Shown: positions 41,552 through 51,926, counted from the stretch's first letter. The stretch: DNA of 64,000 nt from Cytophagales bacterium (GCA_033765235.1 JANRIG010000014.1:12896-76895), one strand, 5' to 3'. Notes: a model not told the origin generated them from the letters alone. Program-made: numbers and translations.

Positions 41552-41971
41552 CTATTTGCAATCTTGAAGTACACCATAGTCGAAGCTGTACTTGAATTTC
41601 TTTTTTACAAACTCTACTCTGAGGTTGTAGGGATTATCTATTTTTATGGCAAAGTTTTTTGAATTACTCAAAAAACATTTTTTAAACTTGATTTTCCCAT
41701 ACTCAATGTATAACTTAGGACATCCTTTGATAGTGGTATCGTTATTATTAAAGGTTATTGATATATTTTTGTCAACTATTAGTTTTTTTACTTTTACATA
41801 GAGTGCTCCGGCAACTGTGAGATTAAGCGATGACAAGGTGTATTTTTTTGCATAAATAAATTGCGGGGTGGTGATTAATCTTCCTAATGACTTATCATTA
41901 TTTTGTGACAAAGCACTCAGATTAATTAACAACAAAAATATACTACATAATATGGCTGTCTTGGTTTTCAT
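41552..41971 (-). CDS. Hypothetical secreted protein (139 aa)
   Basis: It has a signal peptide (MKTKTAILCSIFLLLINLSALSQ). The protein is Lys-rich with 3 Cys. I recognise no family. Its start overlaps the stop of the upstream gene (ATGA, 41968-41971). Confidence 0.5.
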   Translation of the reverse strand: MKTKTAILCSIFLLLINLSALSQNNDKSLGRLITTPQFIYAKKYTLSSLNLTVAGALYVKVKKLIVDKNISITFNNNDTTIKGCPKLYIEYGKIKFKKCFLSNSKNFAIKIDNPYNLRVEFVKKKFKYSFDYGVLQDCK

Positions 41972-43491
41972 CTTTTTATGATATCGTTAAGGTTTGCACT
42001 GTATCCTATTTGCATCTGCACATAATCGCCACTTTCTTGAAAACTCTTGGTGTATATGGCTCTGAAAAATATTTTGTTATGCTTGTCTTCATTGGGGAAA
42101 TAGTATAAGTTCACCATTAATTGAAAAAACCAATAATCATTGGTGACTGATTTATCAATTATAGTATCAGTATCGTAAGTAGTGTTACGATTTACTAATT
42201 TTCCTAATTCATTAGGATAGTTTATGGTATAATAATGTTTGTTCAATACGTTTTCTCTTGATAGTATGTTCCACATGAGCCTGCCTCCAAACTCTGCCCC
42301 AAAGTTGTATACAGGCCTCACAAGTATCACAGGCTCCAATACTATGTTGTGTGATAGCACGTGCTCAAGGTAATCTGCAGATTTGTTATTGCTGCGGGTA
42401 ATAGCACCCAAATAGCCTGCCTTTATGTCAAAAGTAGTGTATTGCAAGTGCTTGTGCGAAAAGTTGTAGATACTCATCATAGTGCCAAATCTTAAAAATG
42501 CTTGCTGTTGCACTTTTATTCTAAAGTCTGTATTGCTAAAGTTGATTGTATCTGACCGCTCGCCATACACTGTGTACCACAAAAACGGTTTTACAGTTTG
42601 GAACAAGTACCCAAATCTATTTTTTATGTTGCGTGTATGTAGCATCAGTGTAGGAGATATTTCTGTATGTATATATCCGTTATTTGACTTGAATGCCAGT
42701 TGGTTAAAGTCTGTGAATATAGCAGCATCTACCAGCTGCGATAGCCCTTTGCCTACTTCTATCTCTTTTTGAGGTGCTTTGCTTTCCAATGTAAAGAAAT
42801 AATCATTATTGGGTATTGCGTATTGCGGATTTGTGGTCTCATATATGAGCGCATCACCTATTTTGATGTGTAGGTTTGACTTTGTATTTACATCATAAAG
42901 TTTATCATCTTTGCGCAAAAAGTATTCATTGATAGGCAAAGGAGCATCTTGATTGGTAAATGTATAGCGAGCATTGCCATCGCGGGTTTTAGTGTATACA
43001 TATATGTGTTTTATGACACCATTCATTATTTGCAGGTCTATTTTATCTATTAGTAGCAGTATTGTATCATTGGTGCTTATATTTTTTGGAGGCACATACC
43101 CTAAATAATATTTATTACTTTCAATAGGGGTAGATATAGCTGCAACGGGTTCTTGACTATAAGTAAAGTGCCCAACTTTGTCATTATTCTTACCTGAAAT
43201 AGAAATAAGGTGGTCTAGTTTTGTTTTAATTTCTTTAATTGCTTTTTCAGATTCTGACAAGGGTTTTGCTGCGCCTAACAAAGTATAGGTATTGGTATTA
43301 TATATGATGTTGGTATTATTCCCACAAGAGGTGCCTATCAATGTGAAGCAACTGCCCACCAGTGAGTAGCATCCTTTTGTGGTATCAGAAGGAATGAAAT
43401 TTTTGTTATCTGTGCCACAAATAATAAATTGACAGAATGTGCGAGTGTTGAAAAATAGCGTTAATAAGAATAATATTGTAAATCGGCTCAT
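41968..43491 (-). CDS. Hypothetical exported protein; C-terminal half looks like an outer-membrane beta-barrel
   Basis: The ATG at 43491 gives the signal peptide MSRFTILFLLTLFFNTRTFCQ. The ORF track starts 8 codons earlier at a TTG. The N-terminal segment is Cys-rich. The C-terminal half has alternating aromatic/polar strands. I recognise no family. Confidence 0.5.
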   Translation of the reverse strand: MSRFTILFLLTLFFNTRTFCQFIICGTDNKNFIPSDTTKGCYSLVGSCFTLIGTSCGNNTNIIYNTNTYTLLGAAKPLSESEKAIKEIKTKLDHLISISGKNNDKVGHFTYSQEPVAAISTPIESNKYYLGYVPPKNISTNDTILLLIDKIDLQIMNGVIKHIYVYTKTRDGNARYTFTNQDAPLPINEYFLRKDDKLYDVNTKSNLHIKIGDALIYETTNPQYAIPNNDYFFTLESKAPQKEIEVGKGLSQLVDAAIFTDFNQLAFKSNNGYIHTEISPTLMLHTRNIKNRFGYLFQTVKPFLWYTVYGERSDTINFSNTDFRIKVQQQAFLRFGTMMSIYNFSHKHLQYTTFDIKAGYLGAITRSNNKSADYLEHVLSHNIVLEPVILVRPVYNFGAEFGGRLMWNILSRENVLNKHYYTINYPNELGKLVNRNTTYDTDTIIDKSVTNDYWFFQLMVNLYYFPNEDKHNKIFFRAIYTKSFQESGDYVQMQIGYSANLNDIIKR

Positions 43492-43728
43492 TATTAGGTA
43501 ATTGTAATTGCACAATTATATGTATTATTATTTATAAATTACAATTTTTTTACTTTTTTTTCATACTAATAATTTGGTATAAATTCTTAATTCTTATCAT
43601 TCTACAAACGAGAAGATGATGAGCCTAGAGTAAACTAAGTATATTTAATTAGAAGTAGTTTTAGTAATAAGTCAAATGGTTATTATAAATTTAATACTCT
43701 TCAGTAATTGTGAAGTAAAAATTATAAC

Positions 43729-44343
43729 TTACAACATGCCCTGTATATGCCCTACTATTACCTCTGTGGCTTTGTGCATGTTTTCACTATTAGGTACTAT
43801 GATGTCAGATTCGTATATGTATGGTAATATATACTTTTGGTATGCAGGCTCTACATGGTGCACTATACTGTATTGCACCTCTTCTGCACTGTTGCCTCTG
43901 TAGGTAGTATCTCTCATTATGCGCCTCTGCGCTCGCAAGGGCTGTGGGGTGTCAACAAATATTTTTAGCGCAAGTTTGTTTTTAATATTTTCAAAATAAT
44001 ATAAAAATATTCCTTCTACTACTATCACAGGAGCAGGCAATATATGCATTTGCTTCACTTTCAATGTAGGGTTGTTGTAGTTATACTCCATTTTGAAGAC
44101 CGGCTGCCCAGCCATAAGTGCTTCTATATCACTTTCAAAAGATTTTATATCTAATCCAGTAGGGTCATCAAAGTTTTTTACGCCGTTTTCATCTGCAGGT
44201 ATCTCATGTATAGGGTTATAATAATGGTCTAACGATATAGTACTAAGCTGGTTTTGTGCAAAGTGCGATATTATATTTTCTAAAAATGTAGTTTTGCCCG
44301 AGCCGCTACCTCCACATATTCCTATGATGTATGGTGTATTCAT
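43729..44343 (-). CDS. udk: Uridine kinase
   Basis: It has a P-loop (IIGICGGSGSGKTTF). The length and the conserved blocks (LDHYY, FDDP, VVVEGI) are typical of Udk. Confidence 0.9.
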   Translation of the reverse strand: MNTPYIIGICGGSGSGKTTFLENIISHFAQNQLSTISLDHYYNPIHEIPADENGVKNFDDPTGLDIKSFESDIEALMAGQPVFKMEYNYNNPTLKVKQMHILPAPVIVVEGIFLYYFENIKNKLALKIFVDTPQPLRAQRRIMRDTTYRGNSAEEVQYSIVHHVEPAYQKYILPYIYESDIIVPNSENMHKATEVIVGHIQGML

Positions 44344-44615
44344 GTATCAGTTACAGTAAGTTTATTATTAATATATCAATGTCGTTTAGTTAAGCCGCTA
44401 TTGCTTGTCAGGCTGAGTCTGTAGAAGCCTCTTTCTTGGAAATTTGCCAATATTTCAACAAACTCTCGTTTAAGGACGAGACAAATTTCCTAAACTAAAC
44501 ATCATTGTATAATATATACGTAATAATTGTGTGAACATATTAATTTTATCAATTAGCAGTAGCCAATGAATATATATTTTTTGCAAAAACAAAAAAATAG
44601 ATAACTTTTGCAACA

Positions 44616-46586
44616 ATGAATTACCAAAAGAAGAACTATACAGCCCCTGAGCTGCTCCGCTTGTATGAGTTGATGCTTGCCACAAGACTTTTTGATGAAA
44701 AAATGTGCTTGGGAGTGAAGCAGGGCTTAGTATCAAAATGGTTTTCGAGCATTGGTCAAGAGGCTATTTCTGTTGGCAGCATTCTTGCACTTGGCTCACA
44801 AGATTGGGCACTTCCCGCGCACCGCAACTTAGGGGTATATTTGGGTAGAGGCATCACTTATGCAGAGTTGCTGCATCAGCTCAAGGGTACTCTGCAGAGC
44901 ATCACCCAAGGGCGCGACAGGTCATTCCATTTTGGGTCTGTAAAGCATCATATTTATGGCATGATATCGCATATGGCAGCACACTTGCCTGTAGCTGCAG
45001 GCATAGCCTTAGGCAACTCACTGGACAATCAAGGGAATGTAACCATAGTATATACAGGCGAGGGCTCTACAAGTGAAGGAGACTTTCATGAAGCACTTAA
45101 TCTGGCTGCCGTGTGGCAGCTGCCCATCATATTTATGGTAGAAAATAATGCTTATGCACTTTCTACGCCTTCTGCAGAGCAATACCATTGCCATGCCATC
45201 ATAGACAAAGCACCCGGCTACGGTATAGATGGGTTGCAAATAGACGGTAATAATGTGCTGGAGGTGTACGATGCTGTCAAAGAAATAAGTGCCATTATCA
45301 GAGATAGACCTCATCCTGTACTCATAGAGTGCATCACCTTTAGGATGAGAGGGCACGAGGAAACATCGGGCACAGCCTATGTGCCTGAAATATTATTTGA
45401 CCAATGGGCTGAAAAAGACCCGCTTAACAATTTTGAAAACTACCTTTTGGCAGAAAAAATTATTACACCACAAGAGATTGACAAAATGGCTCAAAACATT
45501 AAGTCTGATATTGAGAAAGCAATACATAGCATTACTGATATGGAAGGTGAGGTGTTAGGTGCAGATAAAGTACTTGTGTACAAACCCCATACCTCGCGTG
45601 CTGCCATAGAGGCAAAAGGAAACAAACAGGAAAAAAAATTCATTGAAGCCATATCCGAAACATTGGCATACAACTTAGAAAAATACCCTAACCTCATACT
45701 TATGGGGCAAGACATTGCAGACTATGGAGGCGTCTTCAAAGTCACCAATGGTTTTGTACAAAAGTATGGTAAAGAGCGCGTGCGCAATACACCCCTATGC
45801 GAGTCTGCAGTGTTGGGTAGTGCCATTGGTATCACCATAGCAGGTTATAAATCTGTAATTGAGATGCAGTATGCAGATTTTGTAAGTTGTGGGTTTAACC
45901 AAATTGTGAACCACATTGCCAAGCTATACTATCGCTGGGGGCAGCATGTAGATGTGGTGATACGTATGCCTGCCGGTGCAGGACTGGGTGCAGGTCCATT
46001 TCACTCTCAAAGTACCGAAAGCTGGTTTTTTCATGTACCCGGGCTCAAAATGGTGTATCCATCCACCGCATACGATGCCAAAGGATTACTTAATGCAGCC
46101 ATAGATGACCCCAACCCTGTGCTGTATTATGAGCACAAAGGGCTATATAGAACTCAGAAATCTGATGTACCTTCGGCCCACTACAGCATACCTATTGGCA
46201 AGGCAAATATGATAAAAAGCGGAGAAGCCTGCCTCATAGTAACTTACGGTATGGGTGTGCACTGGGCACAACAAGCTGTAGCACAGCTAAATATAGATAT
46301 ATCTATCATAGACTTGCGCTCATTGATGCCATGGGACAAAGATATGGTGCTGCAAGAGGTGAAGCGCATAGGCAAAGTACTATTGCTCACCGAAGACACC
46401 CATACAGGTAGCTTGATGGCAGAGATAGCAGCCACCATATCAGAGCAATGTTTTGAATATCTTGATGCGCCCATAGCCAGAGTGAGCAGTCTTGATACGC
46501 CTGTGCCGTTTAACAGTACATTGGAAAACCAATTTTTGGGAAAAGAAAGATTGATACAAAAACTTAGGGAATTGTGCGAATATTAA
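44616..46586 (+). CDS. Fused alpha/beta E1 component of a 2-oxoacid (branched-chain/acetoin-type) dehydrogenase
   Basis: The N-terminal half is E1-alpha-like with a TPP-binding region (YTGEGSTSEGDFHEALNLAAVWQLPIIFMVENNAYA). The C-terminal half is E1-beta-like (RVRNTPLCESAVLGSAIG, transketolase-like C-terminus). No E2 or E3 gene is adjacent. Confidence 0.85.
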   Translation: MNYQKKNYTAPELLRLYELMLATRLFDEKMCLGVKQGLVSKWFSSIGQEAISVGSILALGSQDWALPAHRNLGVYLGRGITYAELLHQLKGTLQSITQGRDRSFHFGSVKHHIYGMISHMAAHLPVAAGIALGNSLDNQGNVTIVYTGEGSTSEGDFHEALNLAAVWQLPIIFMVENNAYALSTPSAEQYHCHAIIDKAPGYGIDGLQIDGNNVLEVYDAVKEISAIIRDRPHPVLIECITFRMRGHEETSGTAYVPEILFDQWAEKDPLNNFENYLLAEKIITPQEIDKMAQNIKSDIEKAIHSITDMEGEVLGADKVLVYKPHTSRAAIEAKGNKQEKKFIEAISETLAYNLEKYPNLILMGQDIADYGGVFKVTNGFVQKYGKERVRNTPLCESAVLGSAIGITIAGYKSVIEMQYADFVSCGFNQIVNHIAKLYYRWGQHVDVVIRMPAGAGLGAGPFHSQSTESWFFHVPGLKMVYPSTAYDAKGLLNAAIDDPNPVLYYEHKGLYRTQKSDVPSAHYSIPIGKANMIKSGEACLIVTYGMGVHWAQQAVAQLNIDISIIDLRSLMPWDKDMVLQEVKRIGKVLLLTEDTHTGSLMAEIAATISEQCFEYLDAPIARVSSLDTPVPFNSTLENQFLGKERLIQKLRELCEY

Positions 46587-48508
46587 GTATTAATATTCAT
46601 AACCTTGAGCCACACAGCCAAGTTCACCACTCTCCATAGCGGGTTGCTATTTTTATGTGCCTCTTCAAATATGGCATCCCAATTTTTTATAAGTGACTTA
46701 TAATCAATATATTCTGACAATGACTCGTTAATATAAGGTTTCAAAATCGGTCTCATCTCTTGCAGCCAAGCGGTTTGATTGCTTACAAAACCTACTTTGT
46801 CTTTTCTTGCATATATAGAATGAGGCAAATACGGTTTCATTGCTTCTCGCAAGCAATATTTTGACACACCGTCTCGTATCTTGAAGTCCCATGGTATATT
46901 GAGCGCGTATTCAAATAGTGGCAGGTCGTCTGCAAAGGGCATACGAGACTCTACCCCATGTGCCATGGCATTGCGGTCGGCACAGCGATACATGGTTTTC
47001 AATGTATTTCCAAAATAGTCAAATATAAGTTTTTCGGCTGGATTATTATAAATTTCTTGCAAAAATTGGTTGTTGTTTTGTGTTGTATTTATGAAGTCTT
47101 GCTTTATAAACTGGTATATTTTATATCTTTTTTTTAATTGATTAATATAATTTATGTTTGATGAATATTTGTATACTATTTGCTTTATAATATTAAAAAA
47201 AATCAAATTTATTTTCACATTTTTTAACAAATTTTCATATTCATTATTATAGATTTTATATAGAAAATATATATAAAAATAATGATAATACCCTGCAAAT
47301 AACTCATCAGCACCTTGCCCTTCGAGCACTACTTTTATACCTTTTGTACTTACAGATTTCATCAGGCTGTAGTGCATATATGTGTTAAGATTCATGACCG
47401 GAATATCTAAATCATATACAAATTTTTCGAGATGGTGAGCTATATCTGTTGGCTTTACCTCATCATATATCGGCGTACATTTTATTTGTGATGAGGCTAT
47501 GTCAATCCATTTTTTTTCACTCAATGTGCTGTTGTTGAGCACACTGCTAAATGTATATAAACCCGTGCTTGCATGCTTTGACATGATTGAGGCAATGGAT
47601 GTACTATCTATGCCTCCACTCAGTGTACATGCCACGGGCACATCGGAGCGCATACGTATTTTTACGCTATCTTCAATTTTTTCGCGCAATATTTGAGTAT
47701 CACAGTTTACAGATATTTGCTGAAAAGTGTAATATTTTTTTTGAATAATTTCATTTTTTTTAATGTCAATATATAGATATTCTGATGAATTAATTTCTTT
47801 AATATTATAAAATATACATTGATTGTTTTTCTCAGTTTCTGCAAATATTAAATAGTTTAATATTGCATTATTATTTATTTTTTTATCAAAATTTTGTATG
47901 GTAGTTATTGATTTTATTTCAGAACTGAAATAAATATATTGACTGTTATTATAAATATACAAAGGCTTCAGCCCTGTACGGTCGCGGGCTAGTAATGCGG
48001 TCTTTTTTACATGGTCATATATACAAAACGCCCACATGCCATTGAGTTTTTGCAGAATTTCTATACCATAAGTCATATATCCCTTGAGCAGCACTTCGGT
48101 GTCTGATTGGGTATCAAAAGTGACACCCTGCTGTGTGAGTTGATGCCTTATTTCTACATAGTTATATATCTCTCCGTTGTAGGCTATCCAATATCTGCCA
48201 TCGGGGGTGCACATAGGCTGGTGACCTGCTGCAGAAGTATCTATTATGCTCAATCTTCTGTGTGCCAATGCATAATAATATTCATTTTGTGCATTTTTGA
48301 TATGCATTTGTGGGGCATAGGCATATTTGCTTTCCCATACTGTTGGGGGAGTAGTAGAGCCCCCGTAGCAGTGAAATACATCAGGTGCAAATAGTGTAAA
48401 CCCCTCATCGTCAGCTCCTCTGTGGGCAATAGCATGGTGCATTGACTGAAGGTCTGCCAAAGATATAGGCTTGCCATTTGTAGAAAATATACCAGATATA
48501 CCACACAT
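46583..48508 (-). CDS. Asparagine synthase (glutamine-hydrolysing) family protein
   Basis: The N-terminal nucleophile is MCGISGIF. The Ntn glutaminase domain is present. The PP-loop is LSGGIDSTSIA. The C-terminal block is DRNAMAHGVESRMPFAD. Its stop overlaps the convergent E1 gene by 4 bp. Confidence 0.85.
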   Translation of the reverse strand: MCGISGIFSTNGKPISLADLQSMHHAIAHRGADDEGFTLFAPDVFHCYGGSTTPPTVWESKYAYAPQMHIKNAQNEYYYALAHRRLSIIDTSAAGHQPMCTPDGRYWIAYNGEIYNYVEIRHQLTQQGVTFDTQSDTEVLLKGYMTYGIEILQKLNGMWAFCIYDHVKKTALLARDRTGLKPLYIYNNSQYIYFSSEIKSITTIQNFDKKINNNAILNYLIFAETEKNNQCIFYNIKEINSSEYLYIDIKKNEIIQKKYYTFQQISVNCDTQILREKIEDSVKIRMRSDVPVACTLSGGIDSTSIASIMSKHASTGLYTFSSVLNNSTLSEKKWIDIASSQIKCTPIYDEVKPTDIAHHLEKFVYDLDIPVMNLNTYMHYSLMKSVSTKGIKVVLEGQGADELFAGYYHYFYIYFLYKIYNNEYENLLKNVKINLIFFNIIKQIVYKYSSNINYINQLKKRYKIYQFIKQDFINTTQNNNQFLQEIYNNPAEKLIFDYFGNTLKTMYRCADRNAMAHGVESRMPFADDLPLFEYALNIPWDFKIRDGVSKYCLREAMKPYLPHSIYARKDKVGFVSNQTAWLQEMRPILKPYINESLSEYIDYKSLIKNWDAIFEEAHKNSNPLWRVVNLAVWLKVMNINT

Positions 48509-48930
48509 ACTTTTGCAATATTAATGATAACGGTGCAGTAACACTAACCTACATAAATATAATAGGCCTTGCTTCAAGATATTTTCTTAGTTTCGCAAAC
48601 AGTTATTAGTAATTAATAATAGGTGCAAATGCAGCAAAATGAGATTTTATTTCATAGATATTGTGAGGAATATTTGTGTCATAGCGGTAGCACTTTTTCA
48701 CTTCAATGTATTCATAAGGTTTGAGCCGGGCTGCTATTGCCACACTACCTCCTTCGAACACAGGTGTAAAGATATTTTCATACTAAATGGGTACTACAGT
48801 ATTACTCGTTTGTCTGTAATGTTGTATTTGACTGCCTCATTCATAGTTTTATTAAGAAATATTTTATTGAAATAGAAAAAATATGTAGAGTGAATATGAA
48901 AAAATACAATCTTATGAAATGAAAATCATT

Positions 48931-48938
48931 TAGTTTTG
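48931..48938 (+). promoter_or_regulatory. Candidate -7 promoter box (TAGTTTTG) for rfbB
   Basis: An exact TAnnTTTG match lies 20 bp upstream of the ATG at 48958. Confidence 0.4.
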
Positions 48939-48957
48939 AAAGATTTTTGAATAAATA

Positions 48958-50013
48958 ATGAAAAATATACTTATCACCGGCGGTGCCGGATTCATAGGCT
49001 CACATGTAGTGCGCCTGTTTGTAAATAAATATCCTGACTACCATATATACAACCTTGACAGCCTTACCTATGCGGGCAATCTTGAAAACAATATGGACAT
49101 AGAGCACTTGCCCAATTACACATTTATAAAAGGTGATATTACAGACAAGCAATTTATTAACTCACTGTTTCACAAATACCAAATAGAGGGTGTGCTGCAC
49201 CTTGCAGCAGAGTCGCATGTGGATAGATCTATCGAAAACCCCATGCAGTTTGTAGAAACCAATGTGATAGGCACCGTGATATTGCTCAATGCTGCGCTAA
49301 TGTACTGGAAAGACAATATGGATGGAAAAAGATTTTATCATATCTCTACCGATGAGGTATTTGGCTCGCTTCACAATCCTAAAGATTTTTTCACCGAAGC
49401 CACCCCATACGACCCTCAATCGCCTTATTCTGCCTCCAAGGCTGCTTCCGATCATTTTGTGAGAGCATATCACAACACATATGGCTTGCCTATAGTACTA
49501 TCCAACTGCTCCAACAACTATGGACCTAATCACTTTCCGGAGAAACTTATCCCGCTTATGATTAATAATATCAAAAACAATAAACCATTGCCTGTGTATG
49601 GCAAAGGCGAAAATGTGAGAGACTGGCTATATGTAGAAGACCATGCCCGAGCCATAGACCTAATATTTCATAAAGGTAAAATAGGAGACAGCTACAACGT
49701 AGGAGGATTTAACGAATGGAAAAATATTGATATTGTACATCTGCTTTGTGGCATTATGGATAAAAAACTTAATAGACTTGCCGGCACCAGTGCACAACTT
49801 ATCACATTTGTAAAAGACAGGCCGGGTCATGACCTGAGATATGCCATAGATGCTACCAAAATCATGAAAGAGCTCGGCTGGAAACCGTCATTGCAATTTG
49901 AAGAAGGCCTTGAAAAAACGGTAGATTGGTATTTGCAAAACACCGCTTGGCTACTACATGTGACCTCCGGCAGCTATGCCAATTATTACAAACAAAACTA
50001 TGAAAACAGATAA
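48958..50013 (+). CDS. rfbB: dTDP-glucose 4,6-dehydratase
   Basis: The Rossmann motif is ITGGAGFIGSH. Other blocks are HISTDEVFG, the catalytic YSASKAASDH, and DRPGHDLRYAID. Confidence 0.93.
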   Translation: MKNILITGGAGFIGSHVVRLFVNKYPDYHIYNLDSLTYAGNLENNMDIEHLPNYTFIKGDITDKQFINSLFHKYQIEGVLHLAAESHVDRSIENPMQFVETNVIGTVILLNAALMYWKDNMDGKRFYHISTDEVFGSLHNPKDFFTEATPYDPQSPYSASKAASDHFVRAYHNTYGLPIVLSNCSNNYGPNHFPEKLIPLMINNIKNNKPLPVYGKGENVRDWLYVEDHARAIDLIFHKGKIGDSYNVGGFNEWKNIDIVHLLCGIMDKKLNRLAGTSAQLITFVKDRPGHDLRYAIDATKIMKELGWKPSLQFEEGLEKTVDWYLQNTAWLLHVTSGSYANYYKQNYENR

Positions 50014-50044
50014 AATTATTAACCAAATAACTATATAATATAAC

Positions 50045-51721
50045 ATGCTTAACATAAAGCTATTATTAGCCACTTTATTCTTCATTTGTTTACTACTTGC
50101 CTCACATGCCCAAACCTGCATACGCTATGATAAAACTCGCGATGGATTCATCGTATTTCACCCCATAGCTACTGATGCCAATGGCAAAATATTGCCTTGG
50201 AATAATAGCGACCTCGCAGTTGCATATGACCAAATACTATCACTCACCTGGGCATTTTGGGATACTATGAAGCGCGATATCAACGGCTTGCCTTACTATA
50301 TGAACCATCAAGTGTGGTGGCAATACGGCACAGACCCGCGAGGTATGGGAGGCGACCAACTGGCTATGGCATTGTCATCATTTCAGCTCTATTATGCATA
50401 CACTGGCAATGAAAAAATAAAAGAAAACATGAAATTTATAGCAGAATACTATCTCATAAACGGACTTTCGCCCGCACAAGCAGCATGGCCATACATCCCT
50501 TATCCTTATAATAGCTTTGTGTACGGAGGCAAATTTGATGGTGATATGGTAGCAGGCAAATATTTTACACAACCCGACAAGGCAGGCTCATTTGGATATG
50601 AACTGCTGAAATTATACAAAATGTGCAAACAACGCTGGTATAGCCATGCACATGAAGACTTATATTTGCAATATGCCATACAAATAGCCAATACACTGGC
50701 ACAAAAAACTACACCCGGCAATGCTGATAATTCACCATTGCCATTCAAAGTAAATGCACTCACAGGCGAAGTGGGCATGCTCAAAAGCAACGATGGCAAA
50801 GGCAATGCAGATATGAAATCGAGCTATACCACCAACTGGGCAGGCACACTCTGCCTACTCGAAGACTTGGTAAAACTCAAAAAAGGAGATACAGTACTAT
50901 ACAAAAAAGCCCATGCGCAAATCATAACTTGGGTGCAATCTTATCCAATAAAAACCAATAAATGGGGTCCTTTTTTTGAAGACGTACCCGGATGGAGCGA
51001 TACACAAATCAATGCTGTCACCATGGCGCAATATATAATGATGCACCCACAACTGTTTCCCAATTGGAAAAATGATATAAAATCTATTTTCAGCTGGGTA
51101 TATGAAAAGTTGGGTAATAAAGACTGGGACAAATATGGAGTATTGGCTATCAATGAGCAAACAGCCTATCAAACCCCGGGCAACAGCCACACCTCCAGAC
51201 AAGGTTGTGCAGAGTTGCAATATGCATCACTCGCCGGAGATACCACACTCATACAAGGTGCAATACGCAAGCTCAACTGGGCTACCTACATGGTAGATAA
51301 TGATGGCAAAAACTGCTATATGAATGATGAAGTGTGGCTTACAGATGGCTATGGCGACTATATGAGGCACTACCTGCGAGCTATGGCTGCATTACCCTCA
51401 CTTTGCCCGCCCCAAAACCATATTATCCACACCACAGATATCATTTGCCAAGTAGATTATGCCCCTGATTTTAACAAACGTATGGCCAAATATGTGACAG
51501 ATGAAGAAACTAAAACAGCTCTCATATATTACAAAACCTTTGAAAACGCCAGCACCGAAACCATACGTATGACTAAAAAGCCCTCAAAAGTAACCCTTGA
51601 CTGGAAACCAATAAGTGAAGACAATGCCTTGAAAACCAACACATGGAAATGGACACCCATGAAACAAGGAGGCTTGTTCAAAATCAATAAAAATGGGTAT
51701 GAGGTCAAAATATTTGATTAG
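50045..51721 (+). CDS. Hypothetical secreted protein (558 aa)
   Basis: It has a signal peptide (MLNIKLLLATLFFICLLLASHAQ). The composition is Trp/Tyr-rich and helical-looking, possibly an alpha/alpha-toroid glycosidase-like fold, but I cannot assign a family. It starts 31 bp after rfbB. Confidence 0.5.
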   Translation: MLNIKLLLATLFFICLLLASHAQTCIRYDKTRDGFIVFHPIATDANGKILPWNNSDLAVAYDQILSLTWAFWDTMKRDINGLPYYMNHQVWWQYGTDPRGMGGDQLAMALSSFQLYYAYTGNEKIKENMKFIAEYYLINGLSPAQAAWPYIPYPYNSFVYGGKFDGDMVAGKYFTQPDKAGSFGYELLKLYKMCKQRWYSHAHEDLYLQYAIQIANTLAQKTTPGNADNSPLPFKVNALTGEVGMLKSNDGKGNADMKSSYTTNWAGTLCLLEDLVKLKKGDTVLYKKAHAQIITWVQSYPIKTNKWGPFFEDVPGWSDTQINAVTMAQYIMMHPQLFPNWKNDIKSIFSWVYEKLGNKDWDKYGVLAINEQTAYQTPGNSHTSRQGCAELQYASLAGDTTLIQGAIRKLNWATYMVDNDGKNCYMNDEVWLTDGYGDYMRHYLRAMAALPSLCPPQNHIIHTTDIICQVDYAPDFNKRMAKYVTDEETKTALIYYKTFENASTETIRMTKKPSKVTLDWKPISEDNALKTNTWKWTPMKQGGLFKINKNGYEVKIFD

Positions 51722-51926
51722 CACCACAGGTTTTTTGCCTTTTACATTGCCAACCTCCTATGTACCCAACTCAAGTTACGTATCCACATCCAACTAATAA
51801 TCATTGAAGATATAATATTTTAGATTTAAAATTGAAACCCACCATTTTACAATGGCATCAAACAAAAAGTGACAAGAAGAAAATATCATTTCATGCTTGC
51901 ATAGGATACATTATTTTTTTTGTTCA

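Noticed and set aside
44470-44736. 88 aa minus-strand ORF spanning the udk/E1 intergenic region and the E1 start.
   Set aside because: It overlaps the well-supported E1 N-terminus in antisense, has no motifs and has odd composition. The region is better explained as a structured intergenic leader.
48600-48900. Possible decayed small gene in the 449 bp asnB/rfbB gap. A minus-strand frame reads ...YENIFTPVFEGGSVAIAARLKPYEYIEVKKCYRYDTNIPHNIYEIKSHFAAFAPIINY*. The plus-strand 78 aa ORF 48639-48875 covers the same DNA.
   Set aside because: The minus-strand frame is closed by a TAG just upstream and has no ATG. Joining it to the short upstream ATG ORF (MNEAVKYNITDKRVIL*) would need both a stop and a frameshift. 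The plus-strand ORF is hydrophobic and Cys-rich, like an antisense artefact. I recognise no family, so I cannot support either a gene or a pseudogene call.
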